Below, in pieces: positions 39,615-49,421 of a stretch of 64,000 nt of DNA. Made by a program: the position numbers and the translations under genes. The notes under the pieces were generated by a model, which saw only the letters and a program-made list of their open reading frames with translations, was not told the DNA's origin and made no database searches. The stretch spans positions 8,816 through 72,815 of the forward strand of contig CASEQD010000003.1 in NCBI GenBank assembly GCA_949289935.1. Direction: 5' to 3'. Each line of letters opens with the position of its first letter. Positions within the stretch are counted from its first letter, which is position 1. This DNA comes from an uncultured Pseudomonadota bacterium (GTDB lineage: Bacteria; Pseudomonadota; Alphaproteobacteria; RF32; CAG-239).

Positions 39615-40235
39615 TCATTTAATCGCTAAAAAATTATAAATATCATTTTGACATTTCTCATCAAAGAAAGATTTAATTTCGTATAAATCTTTCTTTATAT
39701 TATTTAACTGTTTCAAAGGGATTTGATACTCTGCAGAGACGGACTGAATCCGACTGTCAATTGAACAAATTTTTCCCGCGTTGTTCATCATATTGCACAA
39801 AGAGATGAGCTTGTCATAATCATCAAAAGAAAAATTTTCCATTATTTTACGGCATTCAGGAATGAAATCCTGCAAATGAGGATAATCTTCGTCACGGAAA
39901 TTTTCCGTATAAAAACTATGAGTCAGGCAAACTTTGGCAACCTCATCATATCCTAAAGACATCATATAATGATAGCCAACCACTCCGTGAAAAATATGTT
40001 CTTTCTTTTCATCAAGGATATATCCACAATCATGCAGCAGTCCCAAGACATAAGCTTTTTCATGATTTAAATATTTTGTTTTTTTAGCAAATATTTCGGC
40101 AACCATACCGACATCCCGGCTATGAGCCCGAAAAGCTATTTCAGCTTTTTCAGAAAAAGGATATTGTGTGGCATTTCTTACATCTATTATTTTATTCAAA
40201 ATGTTTTCGGCTTCTTTTTTGCTTGGACAGCTCAT
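39615..40235 (-). CDS. HD-domain phosphohydrolase (paralogue 1)
   Basis: H...HD (GLLHDCGY)...H..H...D signature; about 40% identical to the neighbouring paralogue. Confidence 0.7.
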   Translation of the reverse strand: MSCPSKKEAENILNKIIDVRNATQYPFSEKAEIAFRAHSRDVGMVAEIFAKKTKYLNHEKAYVLGLLHDCGYILDEKKEHIFHGVVGYHYMMSLGYDEVAKVCLTHSFYTENFRDEDYPHLQDFIPECRKIMENFSFDDYDKLISLCNMMNNAGKICSIDSRIQSVSAEYQIPLKQLNNIKKDLYEIKSFFDEKCQNDIYNFLAIK

Positions 40236-40244
40236 TTGTTTCCC

Positions 40245-40259
40245 TTTAAATACAGTGTT
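40245..40259 (+). repeat. Motif copy TTTAAATACAGTGTT at the HD2/HD1 junction (supplies the HD2 stop codon)
   Basis: Exact match. Confidence 0.9.
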
Positions 40260-40884
40260 AAAATTCGTCTTTTATCTCTAACAACTTGTAAATATCACAA
40301 CCGCATTTCTCATCAAAATATTTTTTGTTTTTTACAGCATTGTCATAAAAATTTTTTGTATCTGTTTCTTTTAAATTGTAGCGAAAGGAGATGCCTTTTA
40401 TTCGTTTTTTTATACAGACTTTTTCCAAACCTTCAAAAAACAAATCACATAATTGGACTAGACGGTCGTAATCGTTAAAGATTAAAGAACTCATTTTTTC
40501 TTTTGCCCAAAGAAGCCATTCTTTTTTATAAGACGGATAGTCATTATCTTTGAAATCCGGAGCATAAAAGCTATGAGTCAGGCAAACTCTGGCAACATCA
40601 TCATACCCCATAGCCATCATAATTTCATAACCTTCCCGCCCGTGAAAACGTCCCGTAATTTTTTCGGAAATTCGTTTTCCATAATCGTGAAGTAATCCGA
40701 GAGCATAAGCTTTTTCAACATTCAGCTCAGAGCAATTTTCGGCAATAATGCGACAGCAGCGCCCTACTCCCCGGGAATGAAAAATATATTCATCTTTCTC
40801 AGGAAAAGGATAATGTGTTTCTCTGTATAAAACACCTTCTTTCCATATTTTTTCAGCATTTCTGATACTCGGATATTTTTTCAT
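40258..40884 (-). CDS. HD-domain phosphohydrolase (paralogue 2)
   Basis: GLLHDYGK and the same layout as 39615-40235, including the shared CLTHSFY and FDEKC..DIY motifs. Confidence 0.7.
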   Translation of the reverse strand: MKKYPSIRNAEKIWKEGVLYRETHYPFPEKDEYIFHSRGVGRCCRIIAENCSELNVEKAYALGLLHDYGKRISEKITGRFHGREGYEIMMAMGYDDVARVCLTHSFYAPDFKDNDYPSYKKEWLLWAKEKMSSLIFNDYDRLVQLCDLFFEGLEKVCIKKRIKGISFRYNLKETDTKNFYDNAVKNKKYFDEKCGCDIYKLLEIKDEF

Positions 40885-40885
40885 G

Positions 40886-40900
40886 TTTAAATACAGTGTT
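40886..40900 (+). repeat. Motif copy TTTAAATACAGTGTT forming the whole mnmG/HD2 intergenic spacer
   Basis: Exact match; 1 nt from the HD2 start codon, and it overlaps the mnmG stop. Confidence 0.9.
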
Positions 40901-42753
40901 TATTTTTTTATATATCCCAGAATTGCCGTAACGGCGGCAGGGGTTACCCCCGGAATGCGGGAAGCTTCTCCAATGGTTGCCGGTTTGACTTTGGTTAACT
41001 TTTGTACCATTTCACGGGATAAACCTCCTATTTTTTTATAATCAATATCTTCTCTTATTTTTAAGTTTTCATCTTTTTTGAAAACTTCAATATCTGCTTT
41101 CTGGCGTTTAATATATCCGGCATAGCGGGCTTCTATTTCTATTTGTTCATAAATTTCATCTGGAACAGAAAATAAATCAGGCCAAAGATCATTGATTGTT
41201 TCACGTGAAACATTATCATAAGACATTATATTATATGCAGTCCGTTTGGTACCGTCCTGCTTGACTTTTATTCCTCTTTTTTCAAGTTCAGACGGTTTGG
41301 TTATCAGTTTTTCACAAAGAGTGCGACATTGGTTTAATTTTTCCTGTTTTGCTTTAAATACAGTGTATCGTTTTTCAGAAACACATCCTGTCTGCCAACC
41401 TTTTTCAGTCAGACGCAAATCAGCATTGTCAGCTCTGAGTAATAAACGATATTCAGAACGAGAAGTAAACATTCTGTATGGTTCATCAACGCCTTTGGTG
41501 ATAAGATCGTCAATCATAACACCTATATATCCTTCGCTACGGTCAACAGTAAATTCCCGCCCTTCTTTTCTTGCCATTAAAGCCGCATTAATTCCGGTAA
41601 CAATTCCCTGAGCGGCAGCTTCTTCATAGCCGGTTGTTCCGTTAATTTGTCCTGCTAAAAAAAGTCCCGGGACTTTTTTACATTCCAACCTGTGATTTAA
41701 TTCCTGCGGATCAACATAATCATATTCTATGGCATAGGCATAGCGCAGAATTTTGACATTTTTCAAACCATCCATGGTGTGAATAAAATCTTCCTGCACA
41801 TCAGCCGGAAGAGATGTTGATATTCCGTTTGGATAAACAACTTTGGAATTATAGCCTTCAGGTTCAAGAAAAATCTGATGACTGTTACGATCCGGAAATT
41901 TTACCAGTTTATCTTCAATACTTGGGCAATAACGCGGGCCAACCCCTTTTATCAATCCGGAAAACAACGCACATTTTTCAAAATTATCCCGAATAATCTG
42001 ATGTGTCTTTTCATTAGTATGAGTAATTGCGCATTGTATTTGTGGTTGAAGAATATCTTTTGTTAAAAAAGAAAAAGGAACAGGTTTTTCGTCTCCGTTT
42101 TGTTTGGGTAGTGATTCCCAATCTATGGAATCAAAATCCAACCGGGCAGGGGTTCCTGTTTTTAATCTTCCTGTTTTTAGTCCAAAAGCGTTTAAATACG
42201 GTGTTATTCCCATACAAGAAACATCATTTACCCGTCCTCCAACCGTTGTCTGATGACCGGTGAACATTATTCCGTTTAAAAAAGTTCCTGATGTGAGAAT
42301 GACCGTTTCTGATTTTATTTCGGTTCCGTCTGCCAGAATAACACCACATATTTTTTCTTTATCAGACAATAAACCTTCGACAGATGCTTCAATAAGTGTT
42401 AAATTTTTTTGTTTTTGCAAAGCTTCAAGCATATATTTTTTATACAAATCTCTGTCTGCCTGCGCACGCGGTCCACGAACCGCCGGCCCTTTTGATGCAT
42501 TCAGCATGCGAAACTGTATGCCTGCTTTATCAATAACCTGAGCCATTAATCCGTCAAGAGCATCTATTTCCCTGACAAGATGTCCTTTTCCCAAACCACC
42601 GACGGCCGGATTGCAGGACATTTCTCCTATTGAGGAAATTTTATGCGTAATCAAAGCCGTTTTTGCACCTATACGAGCTGACGCGGCACAAGCTTCACAT
42701 CCGGCATGTCCTCCGCCAACAACTATTACATCAAATTTCTGATTATTGTTCAT
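40900..42753 (-). CDS. mnmG: tRNA uridine 5-carboxymethylaminomethyl modification enzyme MnmG (GidA)
   Basis: FAD-binding [13 protein letters not shown]; 617 aa. Confidence 0.97.
   Translation of the reverse strand: MNNNQKFDVIVVGGGHAGCEACAASARIGAKTALITHKISSIGEMSCNPAVGGLGKGHLVREIDALDGLMAQVIDKAGIQFRMLNASKGPAVRGPRAQADRDLYKKYMLEALQKQKNLTLIEASVEGLLSDKEKICGVILADGTEIKSETVILTSGTFLNGIMFTGHQTTVGGRVNDVSCMGITPYLNAFGLKTGRLKTGTPARLDFDSIDWESLPKQNGDEKPVPFSFLTKDILQPQIQCAITHTNEKTHQIIRDNFEKCALFSGLIKGVGPRYCPSIEDKLVKFPDRNSHQIFLEPEGYNSKVVYPNGISTSLPADVQEDFIHTMDGLKNVKILRYAYAIEYDYVDPQELNHRLECKKVPGLFLAGQINGTTGYEEAAAQGIVTGINAALMARKEGREFTVDRSEGYIGVMIDDLITKGVDEPYRMFTSRSEYRLLLRADNADLRLTEKGWQTGCVSEKRYTVFKAKQEKLNQCRTLCEKLITKPSELEKRGIKVKQDGTKRTAYNIMSYDNVSRETINDLWPDLFSVPDEIYEQIEIEARYAGYIKRQKADIEVFKKDENLKIREDIDYKKIGGLSREMVQKLTKVKPATIGEASRIPGVTPAAVTAILGYIKK
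41197..41212. promoter_or_regulatory. parS site (TGTTTCACGTGAAACA) inside mnmG
   Basis: Exact palindromic consensus. Confidence 0.85.
41353..41367 (+). repeat. Motif copy TTTAAATACAGTGTA inside mnmG
   Basis: 14/15 match. Confidence 0.8.
42191..42205 (+). repeat. Motif copy variant TTTAAATACGGTGTT inside mnmG
   Basis: 14/15 match. Confidence 0.8.
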
Positions 42754-42868
42754 TTATTCAAATGTCCAAAAATAAATATTGTTTTAAGGGTTTACAACAG
42801 GTTATATAATTTAGCAAGAGATTAATTTGTTAAAAAAAGCTTTTTTTAAACAAATTACGGACATAAAG

Positions 42869-42883
42869 TTTAAATACAGTGTT
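42869..42883 (+). repeat. Motif copy GTTTAAATACAGTGTTATTTT at the mnmE 3' end (supplies the mnmE stop codon)
   Basis: Exact match with extended flanks. Confidence 0.9.
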
Positions 42884-44225
42884 ATTTTCCAATACAAAAA
42901 CTACCGAATATCTTATCAAGAATTTCATCTATCTCTATTTGTCCGGTAATTTTTCCTATTTCCCGCGCAGCTAAACGAATATCTTCAGCCGACAACTCTA
43001 TTTCTTTATTCAGATTAAACAAACTAAGCGATTGTAAAGCTTCTCTTAAAGCTTCACGGTAGCGTGTGCGGGTTATGAGAAGACTTGAGTTTGAGGTAAA
43101 TTTATCATTGATAACCGAACTTATTTTATTAAGAATAATATCAATTCCTTTCTGTTGTTTAACAGAGATCAGAGGAATTCCCTGCTTTTGAATTTCGGAA
43201 CACTGTTCTTTTGTTAAAGCATCACATTTGTTGGCAAAAAAGAACATTTTGTTTTTAAATGATTTTTCAATATTTTCAAAGACCTGAACAGTGTCTTGAG
43301 ATGCATCAAACAAACAAAGAAGAAAATCAGCATCTTTTATTTTTTGATAAGCAATTTCAACGCCCTGGCGTTCAATAGCTTCTTCAGTTTCTCTGATGCC
43401 TGCCGTATCCGTGATAATTACGGGATAACCGTTTAAGTCTAAATGAATATCAACAGCATCGCGGGTTGTACCGGCAACATCGGAAACAATGACGACGTCT
43501 CTTTTAGCTATGGTATTCAGCAAACTCGATTTTCCAGCATTCGGACGTCCAACGATGACAACACGAAAACCTTCCCGCAAGCGTTCACCTATATTATCTT
43601 CTTCCAAATGCCCTTTTATTTCTTCCCGCAGTTTAAATACAGTGTTATTTATATTAGAAACAATATCTTCGGGAATTTCTTCATCGGGAAAATCAATATA
43701 GGCCTCAAGGTATGCCATAATATTAAGTAGCCGGGCTCGCCAGTCTTCATATAAATTTTTCAGGCTGCCTTCCATTTGCCGCAAAGCATATTGCTGCTGC
43801 GCTTTTGTTTCGGCATCTATTAAATCAGCGAGGCCTTCAGCCTCGGTTAAATCCATTTTTTGATTATAAAAAGCCCGTTTTGAATATTCACCGGGTTCAG
43901 CCAGACGAAATCCGGGGATGAGGCTGAGATTTTCAAGAACTGTTGCAATAACAGCCCGGGAACCGTGTGTCTGTAATTCAACAATATCTTCTCCGGTAAA
44001 AGAATTTGGCGCTCTAAAGTAAAGCAACAAACATTTATCAAGAGTTTGTCCGGTTTTTATATCTTTCAGATTAGTAAAATAGGCATAACGCGGTTTAATA
44101 TCAGCAAGGCTTATGTTTGTCATTAATCTGACTACCTGCAAAGCTTCGCTGCCTGAAATGCGAATAACGGCAACACCCGATTTTCCCAATACGGTAGATA
44201 AAGCATAAATTGTTTTATTGTCCAT
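42882..44225 (-). CDS. mnmE: tRNA modification GTPase MnmE (TrmE)
   Basis: G1 GRPNAGKSSL, G3 DTAG, C-terminal CIGK. Confidence 0.97.
   Translation of the reverse strand: MDNKTIYALSTVLGKSGVAVIRISGSEALQVVRLMTNISLADIKPRYAYFTNLKDIKTGQTLDKCLLLYFRAPNSFTGEDIVELQTHGSRAVIATVLENLSLIPGFRLAEPGEYSKRAFYNQKMDLTEAEGLADLIDAETKAQQQYALRQMEGSLKNLYEDWRARLLNIMAYLEAYIDFPDEEIPEDIVSNINNTVFKLREEIKGHLEEDNIGERLREGFRVVIVGRPNAGKSSLLNTIAKRDVVIVSDVAGTTRDAVDIHLDLNGYPVIITDTAGIRETEEAIERQGVEIAYQKIKDADFLLCLFDASQDTVQVFENIEKSFKNKMFFFANKCDALTKEQCSEIQKQGIPLISVKQQKGIDIILNKISSVINDKFTSNSSLLITRTRYREALREALQSLSLFNLNKEIELSAEDIRLAAREIGKITGQIEIDEILDKIFGSFCIGK
43631..43645 (+). repeat. Motif copy GTTTAAATACAGTGTTATTTA inside mnmE
   Basis: Exact match with extended flanks; encodes NNTVFKL. 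Confidence 0.9.
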
Positions 44226-44420
44226 AACAAATTCCTGATAAAAATTTTGTTTATTATCGGTATATTAAAATTCAAAAATTTATGCAAGTTTTTAAAAATC
44301 CGTTTTTAAGGACTCCTCAGCGTTTTTTTAAGTTTATTTAACCAAAGTATCATAGAGTATTTAAAATTCTTTTGTACGGGCTTTATACGGACTCGTTTTT
44401 TTCACTTAAAGGTTTTTGAT

Positions 44421-45098
44421 ATGAAAAACAAACTACAATTAATTATTTGGGATTTTGACGGCGTTATTGCCGATTCCGAAAAAATATGGCTGGAAAACCG
44501 TAGAGTTTTTTTTAAAGAGCGTTTAGGCGTTGATTGGAATTTTGAAACAATCAACAAATATTTCGGCGGAACAAGCGATAAAACAAAAAAACAAATTTTA
44601 AGCCGTCTGGGATATGAAACCGATGAACAATTCTGGAAAGATGTTTTGGACAGAGATGTTGCTTTTATGAAAAAACACGGAATTGAAAAAATGCCCGGCG
44701 TTGAAAAGATATTGGTAGACAAAAGATTTAAGCATTGTGTGGCAACCGGTGGAACAAAAGCAAAAACAAAGTTGAAAACAGACATTATCGGTTTGGAAAA
44801 GTTCATTCCCGAACATCATGTTTTTACGGTCGACAATGTTGAAAAAGGAAAACCAGAGCCTGATTTGTTTTTATTTGCAGCGGAAAAAATGGGAGAAAAA
44901 CCGGAAAACTGTCTGGTTATCGAAGATTCAATAGCCGGAATGACCGCGGCGCAAAGGGCGGGAATGAAAGTTGTTGCCTTTTTGGGAAGCAGTATTTATC
45001 AAAATGAAGACTATTTACAAAAAGTCAAAAAATTAGGAATTAAAGATATCTTTTATAATATGAAAGATTTATATGAGTTTATAAAAATTAATGTTTGA
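44421..45098 (+). CDS. HAD-superfamily hydrolase (beta-phosphoglucomutase/phosphatase-like)
   Basis: Motif I DFDGVIADSE, with a later K and a DD-containing motif. Confidence 0.75.
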   Translation: MKNKLQLIIWDFDGVIADSEKIWLENRRVFFKERLGVDWNFETINKYFGGTSDKTKKQILSRLGYETDEQFWKDVLDRDVAFMKKHGIEKMPGVEKILVDKRFKHCVATGGTKAKTKLKTDIIGLEKFIPEHHVFTVDNVEKGKPEPDLFLFAAEKMGEKPENCLVIEDSIAGMTAAQRAGMKVVAFLGSSIYQNEDYLQKVKKLGIKDIFYNMKDLYEFIKINV

Positions 45099-45805
45099 CA
45101 AAAAATGTGCGAAAGATTAGATTGAGGGCGTTAAATTTATTACTAAATTTTATAATTATGGATAAAAAAGTTTTTGAATGGTACAGAAACGGCCTCAGCG
45201 CCCAAAAGAAAGCCGAAGAAGAACTTGAACTTCTGACTTCTGCTGAAAAAAATCTAAAAACAGAGAAAGAGATTATAGCCTCTTTTAAGGATTGCTATCT
45301 TAAGATAAAGGAATCCGGCAAACAAATGGCTGAAGCTGCTTTGCTATTGTTTCAACAATCTTTCCCCAAAAACGTCAAAGATTTTGAGGATGGCGGCATG
45401 CATCAATTTTTCAGCAATATCCGCATGCATCCTGAAATGTTGAAAGGATGTGAAAACAAACTTTTTCTTTTAATCAAAAAGGCAGCCGAACCAGGTAATG
45501 CAAATTCCTTTTCTTGGTGTTGGAGTCCGGTTTATGCCGTTTTAACCGAAAAAGAGATTAAGGATTTTGTTTTGAACAATTATTCAGAAGATTTTGCTGC
45601 TATGGTTTCTTCTTTATCTTTACACTTGGATCCGATTGGCGGTGATGATGAGGAGAGGGCGGTTGCTTTCTTTACATCATTAGGACAGTTTGAAGAAAAG
45701 AATCCGGGAATTGTGCAAAAAAGTCTGGATAATCTTCTTAAAGATGTAAATTTTTACAGAAGCAGCTGGGTAGCAAAGGTGGTTGATTTTTATCATCAAA
45801 ATTAA
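45095..45805 (+). CDS. Hypothetical protein (probable start 45158, MDKKVF)
   Basis: Helical, no recognisable motif; coupled to the upstream HAD gene by a 4-nt overlap. Confidence 0.4.
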   Translation: MTKNVRKIRLRALNLLLNFIIMDKKVFEWYRNGLSAQKKAEEELELLTSAEKNLKTEKEIIASFKDCYLKIKESGKQMAEAALLLFQQSFPKNVKDFEDGGMHQFFSNIRMHPEMLKGCENKLFLLIKKAAEPGNANSFSWCWSPVYAVLTEKEIKDFVLNNYSEDFAAMVSSLSLHLDPIGGDDEERAVAFFTSLGQFEEKNPGIVQKSLDNLLKDVNFYRSSWVAKVVDFYHQN

Positions 45806-45810
45806 TAAAA

Positions 45811-45849
45811 AAAGAGAGGTGTTTTAGCAAACATCCTCTCTTTTTTTTA
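45811..45849. terminator. Bidirectional rho-independent terminator between the hypothetical gene and rho
   Basis: AAAGAGAGG-loop-CCTCTCTTT followed by T8. Confidence 0.65.
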
Positions 45850-47100
45850 ACTATTCATATTATTGAAAAAATCCTGGTTGTTTTTGGATATTTTTAATTT
45901 ATCCAGCAAAAATTCCATTCCGTCCGTCATTCCCATCTGCATCAAAACGCGACGGAGAACCCACATTTTAGCCAAGGTCTGACGATCAACCAAAAGTTCT
46001 TCTTTGCGTGTTCCCGAACGAGTAATATCAATGGTCGGAAACAAACGTTTGTCAACAAGTTTCCGGTCAAGAATAATTTCGGAATTGCCCGTTCCCTTGA
46101 ATTCTTCAAATATAACCTCATCCATACGCGAACCTGTATCAATCAAAGCCGTAGCAATAATAGTCAGAGATCCGCCTTCTTCAACATTTCTCGCAGCTCC
46201 CAGTAGGCGTTTCGGACGTTGCAGGGCATTGGCATCCACACCGCCGGTCAGCACTTTTCCGGAAGAAGGGATAACCGCGTTATAGGCTCGTCCCAAACGG
46301 GTTATAGAATCCAAAAGAATGACAACATCTTTTTTGGTTTCAACCAATCTTTTGGCTTTTTCAACCACCATTTCGGCAACCTGAACGTGACGTGTTGCCG
46401 GTTCGTCAAAAGTTGAAGATATAACTTCACCTTTGACGGAGCGCGTCATATCCGTTACCTCTTCCGGGCGCTCATCTATAAGTAAGACCATCAGATAGAC
46501 TTCAGGGTGGTTTTCGGCAATGGCATGGGCTATATTTTGCAGCATAACCGTTTTACCTGTCCGGGGCGGGGCGACAATCAATCCGCGTTGTCCTTTTCCC
46601 TGAGGGGCAACCAAATCAATAACCCGGGTGGTATAATCTTTTTCACCGCAGATAATATCAAAATTCAGTTTTTCCGTAGGATAAAGCGGTGTCAGATTGT
46701 CAAAATTAACACGAAGTTTTGATTTTTCCGGATCTTCAAAATTTATTTTATTAATTTTTGTCAGAGCAAAATAACGTTCATTTTCTTTCGGAGCTCTGAT
46801 TTCACAATCGACCGTATCACCTGTTCTTAATCCGAACTTTTTTACCTGAGCCGGTGAAACATAAATATCATCAGGACTGGCCAGATAATTGGATTCAACC
46901 GAACGCAAAAATCCAAAGCCATCGGGTAAAACTTCAATTGTACCGTTTCCGTATATAATTTCATCATCGGAAGCTACTTTTTTCAGAATTGCAAAGATAA
47001 GATCCTGAACACGCATTGAAGATGCATCTTCAATGCCCAGCTCTTCAGCCTGGGTTAAAAGCTCTTTCGGAGACTTTTGTTTTAATTCTTGTAAGTGCAT
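45847..47100 (-). CDS. rho: Transcription termination factor Rho (the ORF track extends to 47187; start MHLQELK)
   Basis: N-terminal [15 protein letters not shown], the RNA-binding OB domain, Walker A PPRTGKT, 418 aa. Confidence 0.97.
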   Translation of the reverse strand: MHLQELKQKSPKELLTQAEELGIEDASSMRVQDLIFAILKKVASDDEIIYGNGTIEVLPDGFGFLRSVESNYLASPDDIYVSPAQVKKFGLRTGDTVDCEIRAPKENERYFALTKINKINFEDPEKSKLRVNFDNLTPLYPTEKLNFDIICGEKDYTTRVIDLVAPQGKGQRGLIVAPPRTGKTVMLQNIAHAIAENHPEVYLMVLLIDERPEEVTDMTRSVKGEVISSTFDEPATRHVQVAEMVVEKAKRLVETKKDVVILLDSITRLGRAYNAVIPSSGKVLTGGVDANALQRPKRLLGAARNVEEGGSLTIIATALIDTGSRMDEVIFEEFKGTGNSEIILDRKLVDKRLFPTIDITRSGTRKEELLVDRQTLAKMWVLRRVLMQMGMTDGMEFLLDKLKISKNNQDFFNNMNS

Positions 47101-47598
47101 TATAAACCTTAAATGTCTGAGTGGAAATTTAAGCAGGAAATTGCTTAAGATTGATTTGTTTATATGATTTAAATGTTCAAGAGTCAAATGTTTGTTTTGA
47201 AAAAAGGTTATGCACAGTCTGCCTGCCCAAACATATTTATTTAAATTTATGTGGTTATTTGTATATACCTGTGAGTTGTGTGGATAAGTTTTTCAGAGGA
47301 TTTTTTATAAGTTTGTTAATAATGTGTTAACGAATCTGACATGACGAAAAAACTAAAAGTTAATAGAATCTTAATATTTTTACCGAGTCAGTTTTTGTAA
47401 AGCAATTTTATGTTGCAACAGGTAAAATTTTTATTTCAGGAGCAAAACGAATCCAGACGGGCGCTGTGGGTAAATATGTAGAATAAATTTTACATTATGA
47501 GGATTAATTTGTATAAATAAGAAAAAGAGCTGAGTTATGCACAGACAAGTTCAAAATTGTGTATAACAAAACAACATATTGTTTTTTTAGGACTTTTT

Positions 47599-48198
47599 AT
47601 GAAACTTGTTGCTATTACAGGATCTATCGGTTGTGGTAAGACAACTTTGGCCAGACAGGTAAAATCGCTTGGTTATGTTGTTTATGATGTTGACGGGTGG
47701 GTCAGACGTTTATATAACAAAAAAGCTTTTGTAAAAGTTGTTGCCGGGCAGTTTCCCGAGGTAGCCGAAGCCGGCGGGATAAATAAGAAAAAGTTAAGGA
47801 AAATTGTTTTTGACAATAATGAAAAGTTGAAAAAACTGGAAAATCTCATACATCCTTTTTTGAAACAAATGCTGAAGGAAGTTATTCGCAATAATTGTCA
47901 GAGAGATGTTTTGGTTTTTCTTGATGTTGCTTTATTGTTTGAGATGAAATGGGATTGTTATTGCGATTATGTTATTGTTGCCGATGCTGCTTATGAACTT
48001 CAGAAGAAAAGAGTTATGGAAAGAGATCATATTACGGCGGATGATTTTGAAAAAATAAACAGTGTGCAGATGAATAATTCAGCTAAAAAGTTATTGGCTG
48101 ATTTTGTTGTTGATACGGACAAGCCGGTGAATGTGTTGAGAGCAGCGGCGGCTTGTATTGCGGATAGGACGAAATATGTTAAGAGAAATTGTTTTTGA
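47599..48198 (+). CDS. coaE: Dephospho-CoA kinase
   Basis: MKLVAITGSIGCGKTT P-loop; about 200 aa. Confidence 0.9.
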   Translation: MKLVAITGSIGCGKTTLARQVKSLGYVVYDVDGWVRRLYNKKAFVKVVAGQFPEVAEAGGINKKKLRKIVFDNNEKLKKLENLIHPFLKQMLKEVIRNNCQRDVLVFLDVALLFEMKWDCYCDYVIVADAAYELQKKRVMERDHITADDFEKINSVQMNNSAKKLLADFVVDTDKPVNVLRAAAACIADRTKYVKRNCF

Positions 48199-48862
48199 TA
48201 CGGAAACAACGGGATTTCATCCGGAAGAGGGTGATAAACTGGTTGAAATAGGCGCTGTGGAATTGTTGAATCATGTTCCGACAGGTGTTCAGTTTCATCA
48301 ATATATTAATCCGGAAAGAGATATGCCGGAGGATGCTTTTAAAGTGCACGGTCTCAGTACCGAATTTTTGAAAGATTTTCCGACTTTTAAAGATGTAGCC
48401 AAAGATTGGCTGGATTTTGTCGGCGATGCCAAGCTGGTGGCTCATAATGCTTCTTTTGATATGAAGTTTGTTAATTTTGAGCTGAAAGGACTGGGGTATG
48501 AAGAGCTTTCCTGGGACAGAGTGGTTGATACACTGGAAATTGCCCGTAAGCTTTTCCCCGGAGCCAGAGTTAATCTGGATGCTTTGTGTCGTCGTTATGG
48601 CGTTGACAATACCAGCCGTACACTTCACGGCGCTTTACTTGATGCCCAGCTTTTGGCTGAAGTTTATCTTGAAATGCTGGGCGGACAAGAACCTTCCATG
48701 TTAATGGAAGAGAAAAAAATTTCAAAACATTCGGATGCCGATTTTATTCGACAGAAACGTGTTTTCAGAGAACCTCGTCCTTTTCCTTTGAGCGAGGAAG
48801 AAATTAAGGCTCATGAAGATTTTATTGCGTCCAAGCTTTCTAACGCCGTATGGTTGGCTTAG
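48176..48862 (+). CDS. dnaQ: DNA polymerase III epsilon subunit (3'-5' exonuclease)
   Basis: Exo I FDTETTG and the DEDDh motifs. Confidence 0.9.
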   Translation: MLREIVFDTETTGFHPEEGDKLVEIGAVELLNHVPTGVQFHQYINPERDMPEDAFKVHGLSTEFLKDFPTFKDVAKDWLDFVGDAKLVAHNASFDMKFVNFELKGLGYEELSWDRVVDTLEIARKLFPGARVNLDALCRRYGVDNTSRTLHGALLDAQLLAEVYLEMLGGQEPSMLMEEKKISKHSDADFIRQKRVFREPRPFPLSEEEIKAHEDFIASKLSNAVWLA

Positions 48863-49421
48863 TGTTTCTGCGGCGCCGCAGTAAAATATATAAAGCGCCG
48901 TTTCCGCCCCGGGCTTCCGAAGGATGACGGTATGATAAAATCAACGGGCGGAGTTCGGGAGTGTTGAGCCAGTTTGGAACACTGTTTTTTAGTATGCCCC
49001 GGACAGCGAAGATATCTTCTTCCTGTTCTTTGTGATAATTTCCTTTGCCTGTGATAATCATGATGCAGCGTTTGTTCTGCATGTAAGCATTTGTTATGAA
49101 ATTTCGAACGAGTTCAAAGGCATTTTTTTCGGTTTTTCCGTGTAAGTCAAGAACGGCTTCAACGGGAAATTCTTCTTTTGAGAATTTTTTTAAGGTGCTG
49201 CGGTCTATACCGGCATTAAATCCTTCTTCCAAATCGGATAATTTTTCTCCGTGGTAGGCGTCAAAAATATTTACGACCGGTCGAATATCAATTGTTAAAA
49301 CGGAATCATCTTCTATTTTATCAGAATCCGGAAGTTTTTTTATGTTTTGGACAAGTTCTTCCCAAGCTCGGGTGTCTTCTTTGTCCGGTTCAGGCTGAAA
49401 GTTTTGTTTCTGTTTCGTCAT
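48840..49421 (-). CDS. Smr-domain protein
   Basis: C-terminal LDLHG...IITGKG Smr motif. Confidence 0.8.
   Translation of the reverse strand: MTKQKQNFQPEPDKEDTRAWEELVQNIKKLPDSDKIEDDSVLTIDIRPVVNIFDAYHGEKLSDLEEGFNAGIDRSTLKKFSKEEFPVEAVLDLHGKTEKNAFELVRNFITNAYMQNKRCIMIITGKGNYHKEQEEDIFAVRGILKNSVPNWLNTPELRPLILSYRHPSEARGGNGALYILLRRRRNTKPTIRR

Noticed and set aside
42869-42883. The repeat motif as a CtrA box (TTAA-N7-TTAAC)
   Set aside because: It reads TTAA-N7-GTTA, so the second half-site does not match CtrA. There is also no match to parS or a DnaA box.
40900-44225. Possibility that the motif copies inside mnmG/mnmE indicate assembly chimerism or frameshifts
   Set aside because: Both ORFs are full length with intact FAD-binding and G-domain motifs, and reading frames are continuous through every copy.
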